From NCBI GenBank assembly GCA_964106915.2, contig OZ066919.1: DNA of 64,000 nt. One strand, written 5' to 3'. Below the pieces are notes generated by a model. That model was not told where the DNA came from and did no database searches. It saw only the letters and a program-made list of their open reading frames with translations. The position numbers and the translations under genes are program-made. The stretch's first letter is position 1. Each line of letters begins with the position of its first letter. The DNA comes from Podarcis gaigeae (taxonomy: Eukaryota). This document shows, in pieces, positions 24,939 through 37,469 of the stretch.

Positions 24939-25641
24939 ATCCAGAATAAATGACCAGATAAAGGGCCTATTCATCTACTGGCTAAGTCACTTTCTGAATG
25001 TCTATGCACTCACATCTCCTGTGGATGACTCCAGGATTTTGGAGTCAAGATCTACCTACCTCCTGCACAGAGCCCGAAAGACACCATCACACCTGGTACT
25101 GATCTCTGGCCTTCACCCAGCTCAGGCTGTTCTTCAGCAATAGCCATTAAAGTGGCAATTCCAACCATGTCAACTCTGAAGTAAGTCCTATTGAATTTAG
25201 TGGGACATTCTCCCAGGTATGTGGGCTTAGGACTGCAGCATTAGTTAGGTGGACGACTACAAAAAGGACTGCCCTTTGGAGGCCTTTTTGGACTGGTTGT
25301 TTATGAGATGTTTTGGCTTGTTTATTAAAAATATATTTTGATGTTTACAGTGCTATTTTTTATTATTTCGTTTGGCCTCTTTTATCTTTTATTTCCCTTA
25401 GATTGTGACTCCCTTGGGAACAGAACTATAAACATATTATTATTATTTTGGTGGGGGAACTGTTGAAAGCTACTCTATGCCCACTGGAGAGAGTAGGATA
25501 TCAATCAATGTAATAAATGAATAAAGCACACAACAGCAGAAAAGGTAACTTTGGTGGTATCCCTATATCACAGGAAGATAATTGTGTGGACTGCTCAGGT
25601 GGAGCTTTTCCAGTGTCTCTTATTATTCTAGTGATGCCAGG

Positions 25642-25890
25642 TAGAGATGTGGTAGAAATTCAGCTCAGTTCACATTTGAAGGCAAATCTACCTAATCCAC
25701 ACTTTCCAAAACAATACATGAGCCAACACATAATTCACCCTTCAAAAATGGCACTTATCTGAATGTCACAATGCAGTTCTCTAGCCAAGTAATGGGCACA
25801 GAAATGCAAATACCTAGGGTGAAATGTGGACAATTGAACTTAAGTTTGGGAAAAATGAAAAATCCAGAGAAACCCAAACTGACTGATTTG
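25642..25890. mobile_element. hAT-type TAGGGATG-family element, internally deleted
   Basis: tagagatgtggtagaaattcagctcagttcacatttgaaggc, homologous to 7668. Confidence 0.5.
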
Positions 25891-25914
25891 CATGATTTGC
25901 AGGTGGCAGAAGTC

Positions 25915-26035
25915 TTGGCCCTATAAACCTGAAGGAGCATCTCCATCATTCAGCCCAGACACTGAGGTCCAGCTCTGAAGGTCTTCTGGCAGTTCCCTCA
26001 CTGTGAGACGTGAAGCTACAGGGAACCAGACAGAA
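25915..26035 (+). mobile_element. L2 ORF2 fragment
   Basis: acctgaaggagcatctcc...cactgaggtccagctctgaagg...cagggaaccagacaga matches 18050-18160. Confidence 0.7.
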
Positions 26036-27922
26036 CGATAATGGTGTTTGCATTATCTGCAGTTGAGGACCATCCCTGTCACATGAAGTGACCACCTTGA
26101 GGAGGTATCACAAGGGGATGAATGAAGATAGCAGCCAGTGCCTCAATGGTGCTACATTGGCTGTAGCAGCGGAAGGATTCGGCTATATATCTGGCAACAA
26201 GATGACTTAGGCGGCCCTCTCACTTATTAGGGATAAAATGCCACAATACCTGCAGGGCTACAAGCCACCACATCTGTCTCTTTAGTTACCTTGGCTCAAA
26301 AGACAGGGCTGCCAGTTCCTCAAAGTTCAAAACCCCTTCCTTTGCTCTTCTGCCAACAAACTAGCACTTGTGGCTTGAAGTGTGCAGTAGCTTCAGTTCG
26401 GAGTTGACTTTATTGCTTTGGTTCACCTGGGATTTACACACCTCATAGATCTGGTTATAGTTTAATGTTTCAATAACCCACAGACGGAGGGAGAAGTTAG
26501 ATAAATATCCAATTTATCCCATCACAGGCCATAACTACTGGATCTCATACGGTTTTCACCTTAGACCATAAATAAGGTTCACCTGAAATGCACCCCCAGT
26601 TTATAAACCACGACCCAAATTTTCAGTTCGCATTATCTTTGCTGTTAACTTGCAAAAAAGTAAACATTTGAAACAGTAATGCCTAAAAAAAGAGAGGCTG
26701 CTTTAAGAGTATCCCTTTCTCTCCCTTGTGAATGAGGGAGAGAAGATTTTGGCTACATTAACTACAAAGTGCCACCCACGAACTGAGAGCTTAGTGCAAA
26801 ATGAATGGAAGGTCAAACTTTAGTAGTGCCATTAATCTGTATTGCCACATACCCAGATTTGGGCGGGGAGGGATATGAGAAATGTAAACACAATTTCCAG
26901 GCTGCATTAGATAGCAGAAGATATGCATAGTCTAAGGAGATAACCTTTCATGAACATTGGGAAGTTTGACTTTATGTCACAAATGTGTTTTTGTTTGTTT
27001 GTGTGTGTACTCTTTATTATGGAGTGCTTTTTATCTAGCATTTTCTCAATTTTTATTTTGGAAATGTGACTTCTGATAAAAATAGGAGCAATGAGGGGGA
27101 GAAATATCCCAAAGGATAATGCTATTTTTCATCTTTAATGTGCTTCTGACCTTACTTCCTTCTCTACTTATCCTTTCTCCAGTTATTGGGGGATCATTAT
27201 TCTTTTTGCAGGTGCCCCCTTGGCCTCCATTTTCTTGACTTTTTGTTTGCTTGCATTTTCTCATGCAATAATTCATCTCTACTTCCTTTCCATCTTCCAA
27301 GTCCTGCTTTCACTTTCTTCCTTAGTCTTTCTCTTATCCCTCTACCCGCTCCGCCATTCATGTCTTCCTCCCTTTTGTTTTCATGTCTTTTTAAACCACT
27401 TTCTCTTCCACCAGTTCTTTTTATGTTAACATCTCCCTTCTTGCTTCCTTCTTTCTGCTCCTATCTCTTTTTTCATTTTCTTACCTCTATAGGCCAATCA
27501 TTTATGAGATGGGGGGAAAAACTCACCACAATGCTGACAGCCTGTTATGAGGCACAGACAGATCATTCTCTTTCTGCTCTCTGTCAATTTTGCATGATTT
27601 CATTCATTAGTCCATTACATCTCATTTCTGCATTAACCATGAACATTTGTATTTATATATGTATGTTACCACAAAACACATTTATAGATGTATTTTATCC
27701 CAAATACACATTTTTAAAAATGCATTATGGTATTTTCTCTGAGCCAAGAAGAGTACTGCAAAATTCAGAGTAAATTGACACCTGAAGGTTAATTACTTTC
27801 TGATCTATACAAGTCCAGGAGATGCAAATCAGGTTAGTTTTCTTTAGAATTTACAGTTATCGAAATCCTTAGATATCCATACTTGTTACTACTTCCCAAC
27901 CAACATCTCACTGGCCACAGAA

Positions 27923-28800
27923 GGGTCATTGCATATCAAGTGATCCAACTTTTTTATTTCACGTCATCCAATTTTCTCAATATTTTGTACACTTGTTGAA
28001 TGATCAAAACTAAGTTTAAATCTAAAATTTTAATTATTTATCTCATCCTGTTTGTGAGTTATGAGGGTTTGAAATTTTAAAAAATCGACAATTTTGGCCT
28101 TGCCAGACTGCACAAAAACGTCAAAAGCTCAGTCCAGAATTGAGATATGTCTAAACTAAAACACTAATCTAAAAAACTAAAAAACTAAACTAAAAACACT
28201 AAACTCTTCTGAACTTCATGGGCTTTAATATGATATACCACATGATGGACTTACTTTAAATTTTAAATTTAAGTTACAAAATTGATTTTTTTTTTTAAAA
28301 AAAGTGATTAAAACAATTAACATGATTACATTTTTCCAAAAAAATGTATTGAGATCCCGTGATGAAATTTTGCAGATAGCTCTTAGAAATATTAAACAAT
28401 CAACAATTTTTTTGGAAAAAATGTAATTAATTGTTTTAATTAATCACTTTTTAAATATTTCTAAGAGCTACCTGCAAAATTTGATCTTGGGATCTCAATG
28501 GGATCACATTTAAAAAAAAATTTTGGGTTCTATTTTGGATAAATGGGTCTTCTTAGAGTAAAATATAACAGAATAAACAAGACTTATATCAGTTACTTTA
28601 GACAATATCAATTATTTCAGGCATTTCTTTAGAAAGGTATTCAATTAAAAGTTATCTGAAAAGCTAGCCAGACTTTTCTTTTAAAAATGTGTTCTGAAGC
28701 CAAGTGATAGCCTGATATTGCATGATAGCATTGACGCTTTGAAAGAATTAATGTTAGTTCTTCATTTTAAAAAGTTGGATCACTTGATATAGAATGGCCC
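27923..28800. mobile_element. non-autonomous DNA transposon with GGG..CCC termini and 4-bp TSD (Sola2-like?)
   Basis: ~31-bp TIRs gggtcattgcatatcaagtgatccaactttt / aaaagttggatcacttgatatagaatggccc; agaa on both flanks (27919-27922, 28801-28804). Confidence 0.75.
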
Positions 28801-29016
28801 AGAAGCAGATTTAAAAACAAAAGCACTCTCCAGACTGTCAATAAGGAAACCTTAGGGCACCATATAGCTTCTGAGAGCACAGAATAGTTAAAGGATCTGT
28901 TGAGCATTAAGAGTAGGCTACACGGTTTGTATATATTGACTGACTTCTCTGGATCTCTTAATCTTAATCTAGAAGTAAGTTAGCTCTTACTTCTAGCTTC
29001 ATTATTGCAAAATAGG

Positions 29017-29129
29017 TTATTATTTATTATTATTATTTATTGAATTTATATACCGCCCTATACCCGGAGCTCTCTGGGCGGTTCACAGAACAAAATCAAA
29101 ATATAAAACTACAAAATATATCATCAAAA
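29017..29129 (-). mobile_element. L2-type 3' tail, interrupted by the mariner (resumes ~29875-29897)
   Basis: tttatataccgccctatacccggagctctctgggcggttcacag followed by an A-rich tract that continues after the mariner. Confidence 0.6.
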
Positions 29130-29131
29130 TA

Positions 29132-29872
29132 CAAAGTGTGGCCGGAAAGTTTGGTGAATGGTCACAAAAATCGGACAGCGAGAAATATTCAAACATACAA
29201 TTAGCATCAGAAAGCCACAATATGCTCTAACTTGAAAGACAGTGTATGAGTGGTTCAAGCGTTTCTGATAATAATAATAATAGTAATAATTTATTTTTTA
29301 TACTCTGCTCATCTGGCTGGGCTTCCCCAGCCACTCTGGGCGGCTCTCAACAAAATATTAAAATACAGTAATGTATCAAACATTAAAAGCTTCCCTAAAC
29401 AGCAAACCATCGAAGATGACTCTCGGTCTGGCTGACTGTCCAAGAGCAGAACGGCAGCAAATGTCGACAGAGTTCGTGAGTTATTGATGCTGGATCAGTG
29501 TTTGTCCGTCTGAATGATGGTGGAAGAATTGCATATTCCATGTGAAATCATTACTGAGGTGACTGAGTTGTCCCACCCTCAATATTCTCCCGCTCAGGCC
29601 CCACCGGATTTCTTTCTTTTTCCAAAACTGAAATCTGCAATGAAAGGGCACAGATTTCCCAACATTTCACACATCCAAGCTGCTGTGATGAGGGAACAGA
29701 AAGCAGTGTGAAAAGAAGACTTCTCCAGAAGTTTCCAACACTTCTACGGATTTGTCAGTGGTGCATTGTATCAGAGGCGGCCTGCTTTGAAGGCCTGTAA
29801 GGTATGTATGTTCGAATATTTCTCACTGTCCAATTTCTGTAACCGTTCACCGAACTTTCCAGTCACACCTTG
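29132..29872 (+). mobile_element. internally deleted mariner transposon (transposase pseudogene)
   Basis: 68-bp TIRs (29132-29199 / 29805-29872), TA flanks; relic peptides VYEWFKRF, IEDDSRSG and HPQYSPAQAPPDFFLFPKLK (degenerate YSPDLAP-D motif). Confidence 0.9.
29268..29402 (-). mobile_element. L2 3' tail nested inside the mariner
   Basis: (aat)n...catctggctgggcttccccagccactctgggcggct...cttccctaaacag splits the transposase between WFKRF and IEDD. Confidence 0.8.
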
Positions 29873-30224
29873 TAAAAACAACAACCCAATAACCCCTCAT
29901 GGCTACAACGACCCATGCTTGATATTCAGACTGGGGCACACGTAGGAGGCCCCATTGCTAATGAAGAAAAACAAAGAACCATGAAACGAAAGCTATCTTG
30001 GGCCAGATATCCCAAGCACACTTACCTAGAAGGAAGCTTCCATTGAACCAGGTTGAATGTTATATAAAATGGCTGTCAGAATTTGGTTATAAATCTAGGG
30101 GCGACAGCTCATAGGACCTCACAATGATGCACAGGTGTTATGGCACATGGAATGGATTTGACGGAATGGATGGATGATGATAGGAAAATGAGTCTCTTCA
30201 CTCCAGCGCAAAACAGTGCATACA

Positions 30225-30326
30225 TCAGACAGGACTGATTCCAAGCTTAACCTGGAGATACCAAAGATTGGATTTGGGAACTTCTGCATGCAGAGCATGT
30301 GCTCTCCCTCTCAGCGATGACCCTTT
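30225..30326 (-). mobile_element. old tRNA-derived SINE head (same family as 17610)
   Basis: cctggagatacc...ggaacttctgcatgcagagcatgtgctct. Confidence 0.5.
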
Positions 30327-31510
30327 GCCACCACCTATTTTGAAAAGGGTAGGCGAAACAGCCTTTATGCAGCACCGTACGTTTTCCCCACCACAGTATG
30401 AGAACAAACAGGCGCGTAGCATGTATGACATGGCGTGATCAAATGCTAGAAATATCAAATTATTTTGCGCTCTTTTCCATGATTAGTGGCATTATGCTGT
30501 TATGCAAATAATCTGTTATTTATAGAGAGATGCATTATGCAGTTATGCAAATTGCCTATAAATAATTAATATTTCTCATCATTATTTGTGGGGAAATATC
30601 CCCCTAAAGCATGTAATATCAGGTATTTAATATATTGTGCCCCCTTCCCTGCGTTCTTCTGCATAACACAGTGTTGCGGCCAATGGTTTCCAAGTTACAG
30701 TCCGACATCTACACCTCTGTCTGCAATACACTGTGAACACTATGAATTAATATTGTGATTTGGTCTTATCTGTGGCTACAGGTGTTGCTACAGAACATGA
30801 ATGGTGTATAGTCATAGCCCTTATCCCATACAAGTCCATTAACCAAACATATGCCTTGATGGCGACGTTTGAAAAACCACATATTCTTGACTGAGATTTG
30901 GACTCCATCCTTGAAAAAATGTGTTCAGTCTTGTTAAAATTCAGTTGGCTTCCTTTGAAATTCCTCAGTTTCCTTAGCAGTTCCTCTCATCCTCCTGATG
31001 CAAATTTTGGGTGGCTTCATTAACCAAGGGTAGCATCCTTACCATTATCTATTGCAGGCAATGAGCTACTAGAGCCCTCTAGATGTTGTTGGATTCCAGC
31101 TCCAAGCAGTAACGCCCATGATTAAGGATTATGGAAGTTTTAGACAAATGGCATTTGGAGAGCCACAAGCTCCCCATGACCCCTGAACTAGCGGGTTGGT
31201 TAAAAGAAGTGGATTTGATACTTTTTCTTCATGTGATCCCATTAATGTCTTAATGAGACCTGGTCAGTATATGAAGACAGACCATATTCAATTCTCTTAT
31301 CATGGTGGCACTGTTTTCTTCTTTGTTATGAAGAACAAGAAAATACAATTGGATTTTTTTTAAAAAAAGATATTTTATAACAGTGGCAACAGAAGAAAAA
31401 CAAAATATCCAGGTTCACTGTACTGGCTAACTTTAATCAGGTAGCTAACTTTTTTACATAAAAAAGATTGACCCGTATACGTTTATATACCCTAAGCATA
31501 CATAACTAGG

Positions 31511-31873
31511 TAAAAAGGTAAAGGACTCCTGGATGGTTAAGTCCAGTCAAACCTGACTATGCGGTGTGGCGCTCATCTCGTATCAGGCCAACTGTTTGTC
31601 CACAGACAGCTTTCCGGGTCATGTGGCCAGCATGACTAAAGCCACTTCTGGCGCAAATGGGACACCATGACGAGTGCCAGAGCGCATGGAAATGCCGTTT
31701 TACCTTCCCACCACAGTAGTACCTATTTATCTACTTGCACTGGTGTGCTTTGGAACTGCCAAGTTGGCAGGAGCTGGGACAGAGCAATGGGAGCTCACCC
31801 CATCACATGGATTCAAACTGCTGACCTTCTGATTGGCAAGCCCAAGAGTCTCAGTGGATTAGACTACAGCACC
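31511..31873 (-). mobile_element. Sauria SINE
   Basis: Sauria body in reverse; 11-bp TSD acataactagg at 31500-31510 and 31874-31884. Confidence 0.88.
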
Positions 31874-33148
31874 ACATAACTAGGGCAATGGTGGCCAGTA
31901 AGTGGTAGAGGGCAGCCGGCTAGCACTATGGAAATATGCAGCTGTTGACCAGTAGCTCCCAGCGCAGGCTGATGACATCATTAGTTTGTGCCCATGCTGC
32001 TATTAGTCAGCAGCCCAGCTCCTGCATGGTGTTGACCCATTTGCCAGCTTCCTGCACTCCTGTTCTGTAACAACCACCGATAAAGATGTGTAGCTCCTCC
32101 AGATGGAAACCATTCACTTTCACTTCTGTTTCTTTCACTGCTATATTCACGTGCCTAAAAGTATGGACTACAGTTCTTGTCTCCCCCATGATCACCACAA
32201 AAAAATTGTCCTAGCAAACCACCTGCCAGCCATCATTGGGTTCTTCAGACTTGTCTACTATGGCATGCCAGGCTGCCGGATGACCTCCCTGAACAAATGT
32301 TCATTCTCCCTGTTCATTCTTCTCTAATTTTCTCCCCTTAGTAGCAAAGTTCTTCAGAATACAGAACTCTCTAGCTTCATTTTTATTTTTACAAAAAGTA
32401 CCCTAGCCTAATTTCAGATCCTGATTTCCCAGTACAAACTTAAGCAACAAATATATAATTATTCTCATAAATAACTCAGGACTATACAGTATATTTCAAA
32501 CAAGTTTCCCCACAAGGCACAAGTGCCCTATATTAAATTCTTTTTAAGTGTAAGTTGATTAAGGTAAAAATTAGTTGTTATTACCTTATGGACATTTTAG
32601 AATTTTGCAGCATTTCAAAGCCAGTTCTATCAGGAGTAGATTTGTTGCCGCCCACAGGTATAATCATCAGGAAAATTAATAATCATGTTCAGAGTGGTTA
32701 TAAATCATTGTGGTTTAGGCAATTAATATGGGGAGGAAAAGATGAAAGATCTATAAGTGTTATTATTGTGTAAAGTATACATTGTGAACCCTCAGCTCCG
32801 ACACAGACTAATTGCAAATTCCAGCTTTCTGATGTTGAATGCGTTACAGTACAGGACCATCAAAGAGAAGGAAGGGATTCGAAATAAATAATATTGATAC
32901 ATGCCAGTAGCTACTAGGAGTGTATGGAATATTCACGGATTAGCTTGCCTGTGAGATATATTGGTTTGAGATTCAATTTTTGGTGTATATTAGGTGTATA
33001 TTTTAAAATGTAATGTTTGAGGAGTCCTTAAGTGATGCTAAGAAAGCCAGGACACACAACTTGTTAATGTAGGAGATAAAGAAATGGTCAGTCAGTACAT
33101 AATCAAAGATGTGCTCCAACTGATCAAAGTTTTTCATTCAAACTATAG

Positions 33149-33620
33149 CATAACCTCTAACATTTCTCTCATGAAAATAGGGATGTCCTGAGGCTCTTGA
33201 GAGTCCCATGGACTACAAGTAGATCAAACCTATCCATTCTGAAGGAAACCAGCCCTGAGTGCTCACTGGAAGGACAGATCATGAAGCTGAGGCTCCAGTA
33301 CTTTGGCCACCTCATGAGAAGAGAAGACTCCCTGGAAAAGACCCTGATGTTGGGAAAGATGGAGGGCACAGGGAGAAGGGGACAACAGAGGACGAGATGG
33401 CTGGACAGCTACCAGCATGAGTCTGACCAAACTGCAGGAGGCAGTGGAAGACAGGAGTGCCTGGTGTGCTCTGGTCCATGGGGTCACGAAAAGTCGGACA
33501 CGACTAAACGACTAAACAACAACAAAGGAAAGCGGGACATTCTGGGATCAAATCAGAAACTGGGATGGCTTCTGTAAATCTGGGACTGTCCCTGGAAAAT
33601 AGGGGCACTTGAAGGGTATG
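33149..33620 (+). mobile_element. CATAC-terminus TIR element (short form) with nested BovB
   Basis: cataacctctaacatt...cacttgaagggtatg; 6-bp flanks ctatag/ccatag. Confidence 0.7.
33194..33525 (+). mobile_element. BovB (RTE) LINE 3' fragment
   Basis: Encodes LRVPWTTSRSNLSILKETSPECSLEGQIMKLRLQYFGHLMRREDSLEKTLMLGK; ends gtcggacacgactaaacgactaaacaacaac. Confidence 0.92.
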
Positions 33621-35227
33621 CCATAGCTGTGAGTAGACCTGTTATGTCTTAGGGCCTAGCAGCTATACCATATGGGGGAGATATATAGCCACTGATCACA
33701 CATGCCTCTCTAATAACATTTAGTTAAACAAGGCATTTACAGCACCATCAAAAGTCCCATGGACTCCAGTTGAGCCTAGTCCCAAGAAACTGTGTACAGA
33801 ATTGCAACCTTAGTTAAACAAGGTAAGAAGAAGAATCACATAGGTTTCTTATCTGCTTCATTACATAGCTGTCTGCTGAAAGAGGACTTGCACCTGCATG
33901 TGAGACTGAGATAATATATTTATGGAATTTATTTGTTCCAAGGTAAGCTTCTGGCAGTTGCATTCTAAGTGGATGGTACCAAAGAAGCATATACATTTTC
34001 ACACAGAGACACACACTATTGAGCTCTGGTTTTACTTGTGGGTTTCCCATAGCTTCTATGGGATGCTAGACTTCAAATCCCTTGCTCCAGGAGGACCGCT
34101 CTTCTGTTCCTCAGATACTCCCCACATTTAGAAACGTTTTCCTCTTGTTTTTTGCAGGTATCGTTTAAATTCTAACCCAAGTTATTTCATGCCCTCTTTT
34201 TTTGCTTTAGCAGTTTAGATACTTAGCCAAACAATCAAATAGACAGCTGTACTTCAGCTTTGGGGCAAATCCCAGCCTTCATGAACAGGCTGCTATATAG
34301 AAATTATAGCAACTGATACACACTGTTGAAACGAAGATAAAGTACTTAATACATTCAAATAATGGCACGCCCCATGTACTTTAGGCTTCCAACTATTGTT
34401 TCAGTCTATCAGGTGAATTGCATTTCAGGCTTCAGAAATGATTTATATGGCCTGCTAAACTTTCAGATGTATTACGTCCAAGCAGAATTATGAAGCCAAA
34501 CACGGAAATCAAATGCAAATTTAATTCCATGCTGAAACACCAAGTCAAAGTGTGTTGGGGGCAGGGGGGAGACACTAGCCAATTAGGTCAAAATAGTCAC
34601 TAAAACCAGGAATAACTTTTCTACAGTGATAATATGAACCATTTTAGATTAACGTAGCAAGAAGCAAAATAAAACAAACGGTGCTTGTTTTACATTTGGA
34701 TGTTGACAAATGAGAAGAACACATTAAATAGGCGAGACATTTCAGCCACTCAGGCCTGATAACTTTTAGTGATTCTAACTAAACATGGACCACTAACTTT
34801 CATCTTATGCTTATTTAACATATACACTTGCAGCTTTATGCATACCACTGAAAAATGATTTTTTAAATTTAAAAATGATGCAAAAATGGCAGGCACAGGG
34901 GGATAAAAAGAGAGGAAAATGGGACTAAATGACCACCTCTGGATCGGAACCATAGCCAAGCACTTCTTCTGGCTACTGGTCAACCCCAGTGGCCCTGATA
35001 CCATTTGCTGCAGCACCCAGTGAAGGAAAGGAAGACTGAGAGCTGCATTCAGTAATTAAGTGGTTTTGTTACAGTTTCGTTATGGTTTTCTAGGGGGTGT
35101 TTTGGCTCTATGCACTTTTGTTTAGATGCTATGCACTTTTGTTTAGATGTGCGATAGCCCTGTATAAGATGTGAGTTATGTGTATTGGGAAGTGTTGAGA
35201 AAATGACTGAATAATGGTGCTCTCCGG

Positions 35228-35405
35228 AGGTACCAACTTGAATAAAATATTGGGAGGAGGCAGGTAAGCCCCGCCCTGTGTAATCGATCACATGACATGG
35301 TGCACACCCATCATTTGAATGGCAATGCCCATCAACATTTTGGGGGCCCCAGCCCCTACCAAATATTTTATTTGACCCCTTGGCCCCTAAGAGTTGGCTG
35401 CTATG
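35228..35405. mobile_element. unclassified short repeat/MITE (second copy ~53470-53645)
   Basis: Shared ggcaggtaagcccc...atcacatgac...tttgaatggcaatgcccat...caaatattttatt...agttggct. Confidence 0.55.
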
Positions 35406-36547
35406 GTGCTCTCTTCTAACATGAATGGTGAGACATTAGTGTGGGGTGCATAAGAGGCCATCTGGAAGACATGTATCTCAAGGTGTGCAATTTGTGTCAA
35501 GAGGGTTTTGTGTTCTTTTGGACAGTCTGCCAAAAAATGAGAATGGAATTATCATTGAGTGTCATTGAAACTAACTTAGAATGGACTTAGGCTGGTTTAT
35601 CCATGCCTTGTGCACACCATAGCTATGTCTGCGTTATCAGTCTTGCTTTCTCTATCAAGAGAGCTTTGATTAAAAAAAAAATCTAATCATGGGATGGTTG
35701 AGCGCAACCTCTTGAATCTAATCCACATATCTATCTCCATAGTTCTCCCAAGATATGGAGAATAAAGCTAACTTGGACAATGGGTTAGGACAGTATCAAA
35801 AGGAGATGAAAAATCAGTCCCCTCCCCCAGCCTTTCTGATTCACTAAACAAACAGTAAAACAGGCCGGTCTTGATTCCCTTCCTTTTCTCTTTCTTTCTT
35901 TTAAAGATTCACCTGATCCATCTGGGTGGTTAAATTAAATGATCTTTTCCACAAAGGTCAAAAGTTAAGTGTCTTGGTTTCACGAGCCTTTGCCTGTAAT
36001 GGGATGATAATCCAATTCTTTGACATGAAGAACGAATTCTCATCCTGTAGTTATTAAATATGCAGGAAGCATGCGTCTGAAGATAAATATATAGAAGTAA
36101 TGAGAAGTAGAGCTGCGATAGAACACCAAGATAATGCTGGAAACACCCGTGAAACAGAAAGGCAGAGCAAAGGGGGGGGGGAATGGCAAAGGAATACATT
36201 ACAAATGCAGATGCTCTTAATGTCGAGACTCTTGTACCCCACAATAAACCATAAGATGTGATGGTTCTAGTTTGGACGAGAGATCTCGTACCAGCCTCAT
36301 TTCCACCTCTGTTATATTCAGCTGATCACATGTTTTATGTGCAGTAATGCACTCATCAACATGAACAGAGCCAAAGAGTAAATCCTGATAAGACCAATGT
36401 GGCTAATGTACCACTCGGCCTGAACAGGGCCTGCAAACAAAGCTGCAAAAGTTACCACCTCACAAACATTTTTTTTACTAGTCCTGCTGCTCACACATGT
36501 ATAGGCTAATCATTTGTGATACACTGTGGGCCTGAAAAGCAAAAAAA

Positions 36548-36598
<51 letters not shown>

Positions 36599-36604
36599 TA
36601 AATG

Positions 36605-37469
36605 CATACCATCCAACATTTATACGATGAAAATAGGGACATCCTATTCCATAACAACCTTGCCAACAAAGGTCCATATAGTAAAAGCTATGGTTTTCCC
36701 AGTAGTGATGTATGGAAGTGAGAGCTGGACCATAAAGAAGGCTGATCGCCGAAGAATGGATGCTTTTGAATTATGGTGCTGGAGGAGACTCTTGAGAGTT
36801 CCATGGACTGCAAGAAGATCAAACCTATCCATTCTGAAGGAAATCAGCCCTGAGTGCTCACTGGAAGGACAGATCATGAAGCTGAGGCTCCAATATTTTG
36901 GCCACCTCATGAAAAGAGAAGACTCCCCGGAAAAGTCCCTGATGTTGGGAAAGATGGAGGGCACAAGGAGAAGGGGACGACAGAGGACGAGATGGTTGGA
37001 TAGTGTTCTCGAAGCTACCAGCATGAGTTTGACCAAACTGCGGGAGGCAGTGGAAGACAGAAGTGCCTGGCCTGCTCTGGTCCATGGGGTCATGAAGGGT
37101 CGGACACGACTAAACGACTAAACAACAACAACATTTCATAACAACGACAACAACAATGTTATTATTTATACCCCACCCAACAGACAGGGTTGCCCCGGCC
37201 ACTCTAGGCAGCTTCCAAGGTATATAGAAACATAACAAAACATTACACATTAAAAAAAACTTCACCATACAGGGCTGCCTTCAGTTGTATGGTTACTTAT
37301 CCTCTTGGTTTGGGGGTCACATAACTCTATACCCTCTAACATTTCTCTGAGGAAAAATGGGATTGTCCTAAGGAAAAGCAAGACATTCTGGGATCAAATC
37401 AGAAACTTGGGCAGCTTCTGTAAATATGGGACCGCCTCTGGAAAACACTTGGGACACTTGGAGAGTCTG
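36605..37469 (+). mobile_element. CATAC-terminus composite TIR element (long form) with nested BovB
   Basis: cataccatccaacatt...cacttggagagtctg; flanks taaatg/caaacg; contains an antisense L2 tail and a second left-end copy at ~37328. Confidence 0.7.
36659..37132 (+). mobile_element. BovB (RTE) LINE 3' fragment
   Basis: Encodes LPTKVHIVKAMVFPVVMYGSESWTIKKADRRRMDAFELWCWRRLLRVPWTARRSN; (CAA)n tail; 13-bp TSD attccataacaac at 36646-36658 and 37133-37145. Confidence 0.95.

Noticed and set aside
27186-27773. 195-aa hydrophobic ORF
   Set aside because: It is a low-complexity CT-rich tract running into a degenerate hAT-type repeat, with no credible protein features.
36516-37121. 201-aa ORF as a host gene
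   Set aside because: It is the BovB ORF C-terminus read in frame from an upstream (GA)n microsatellite.
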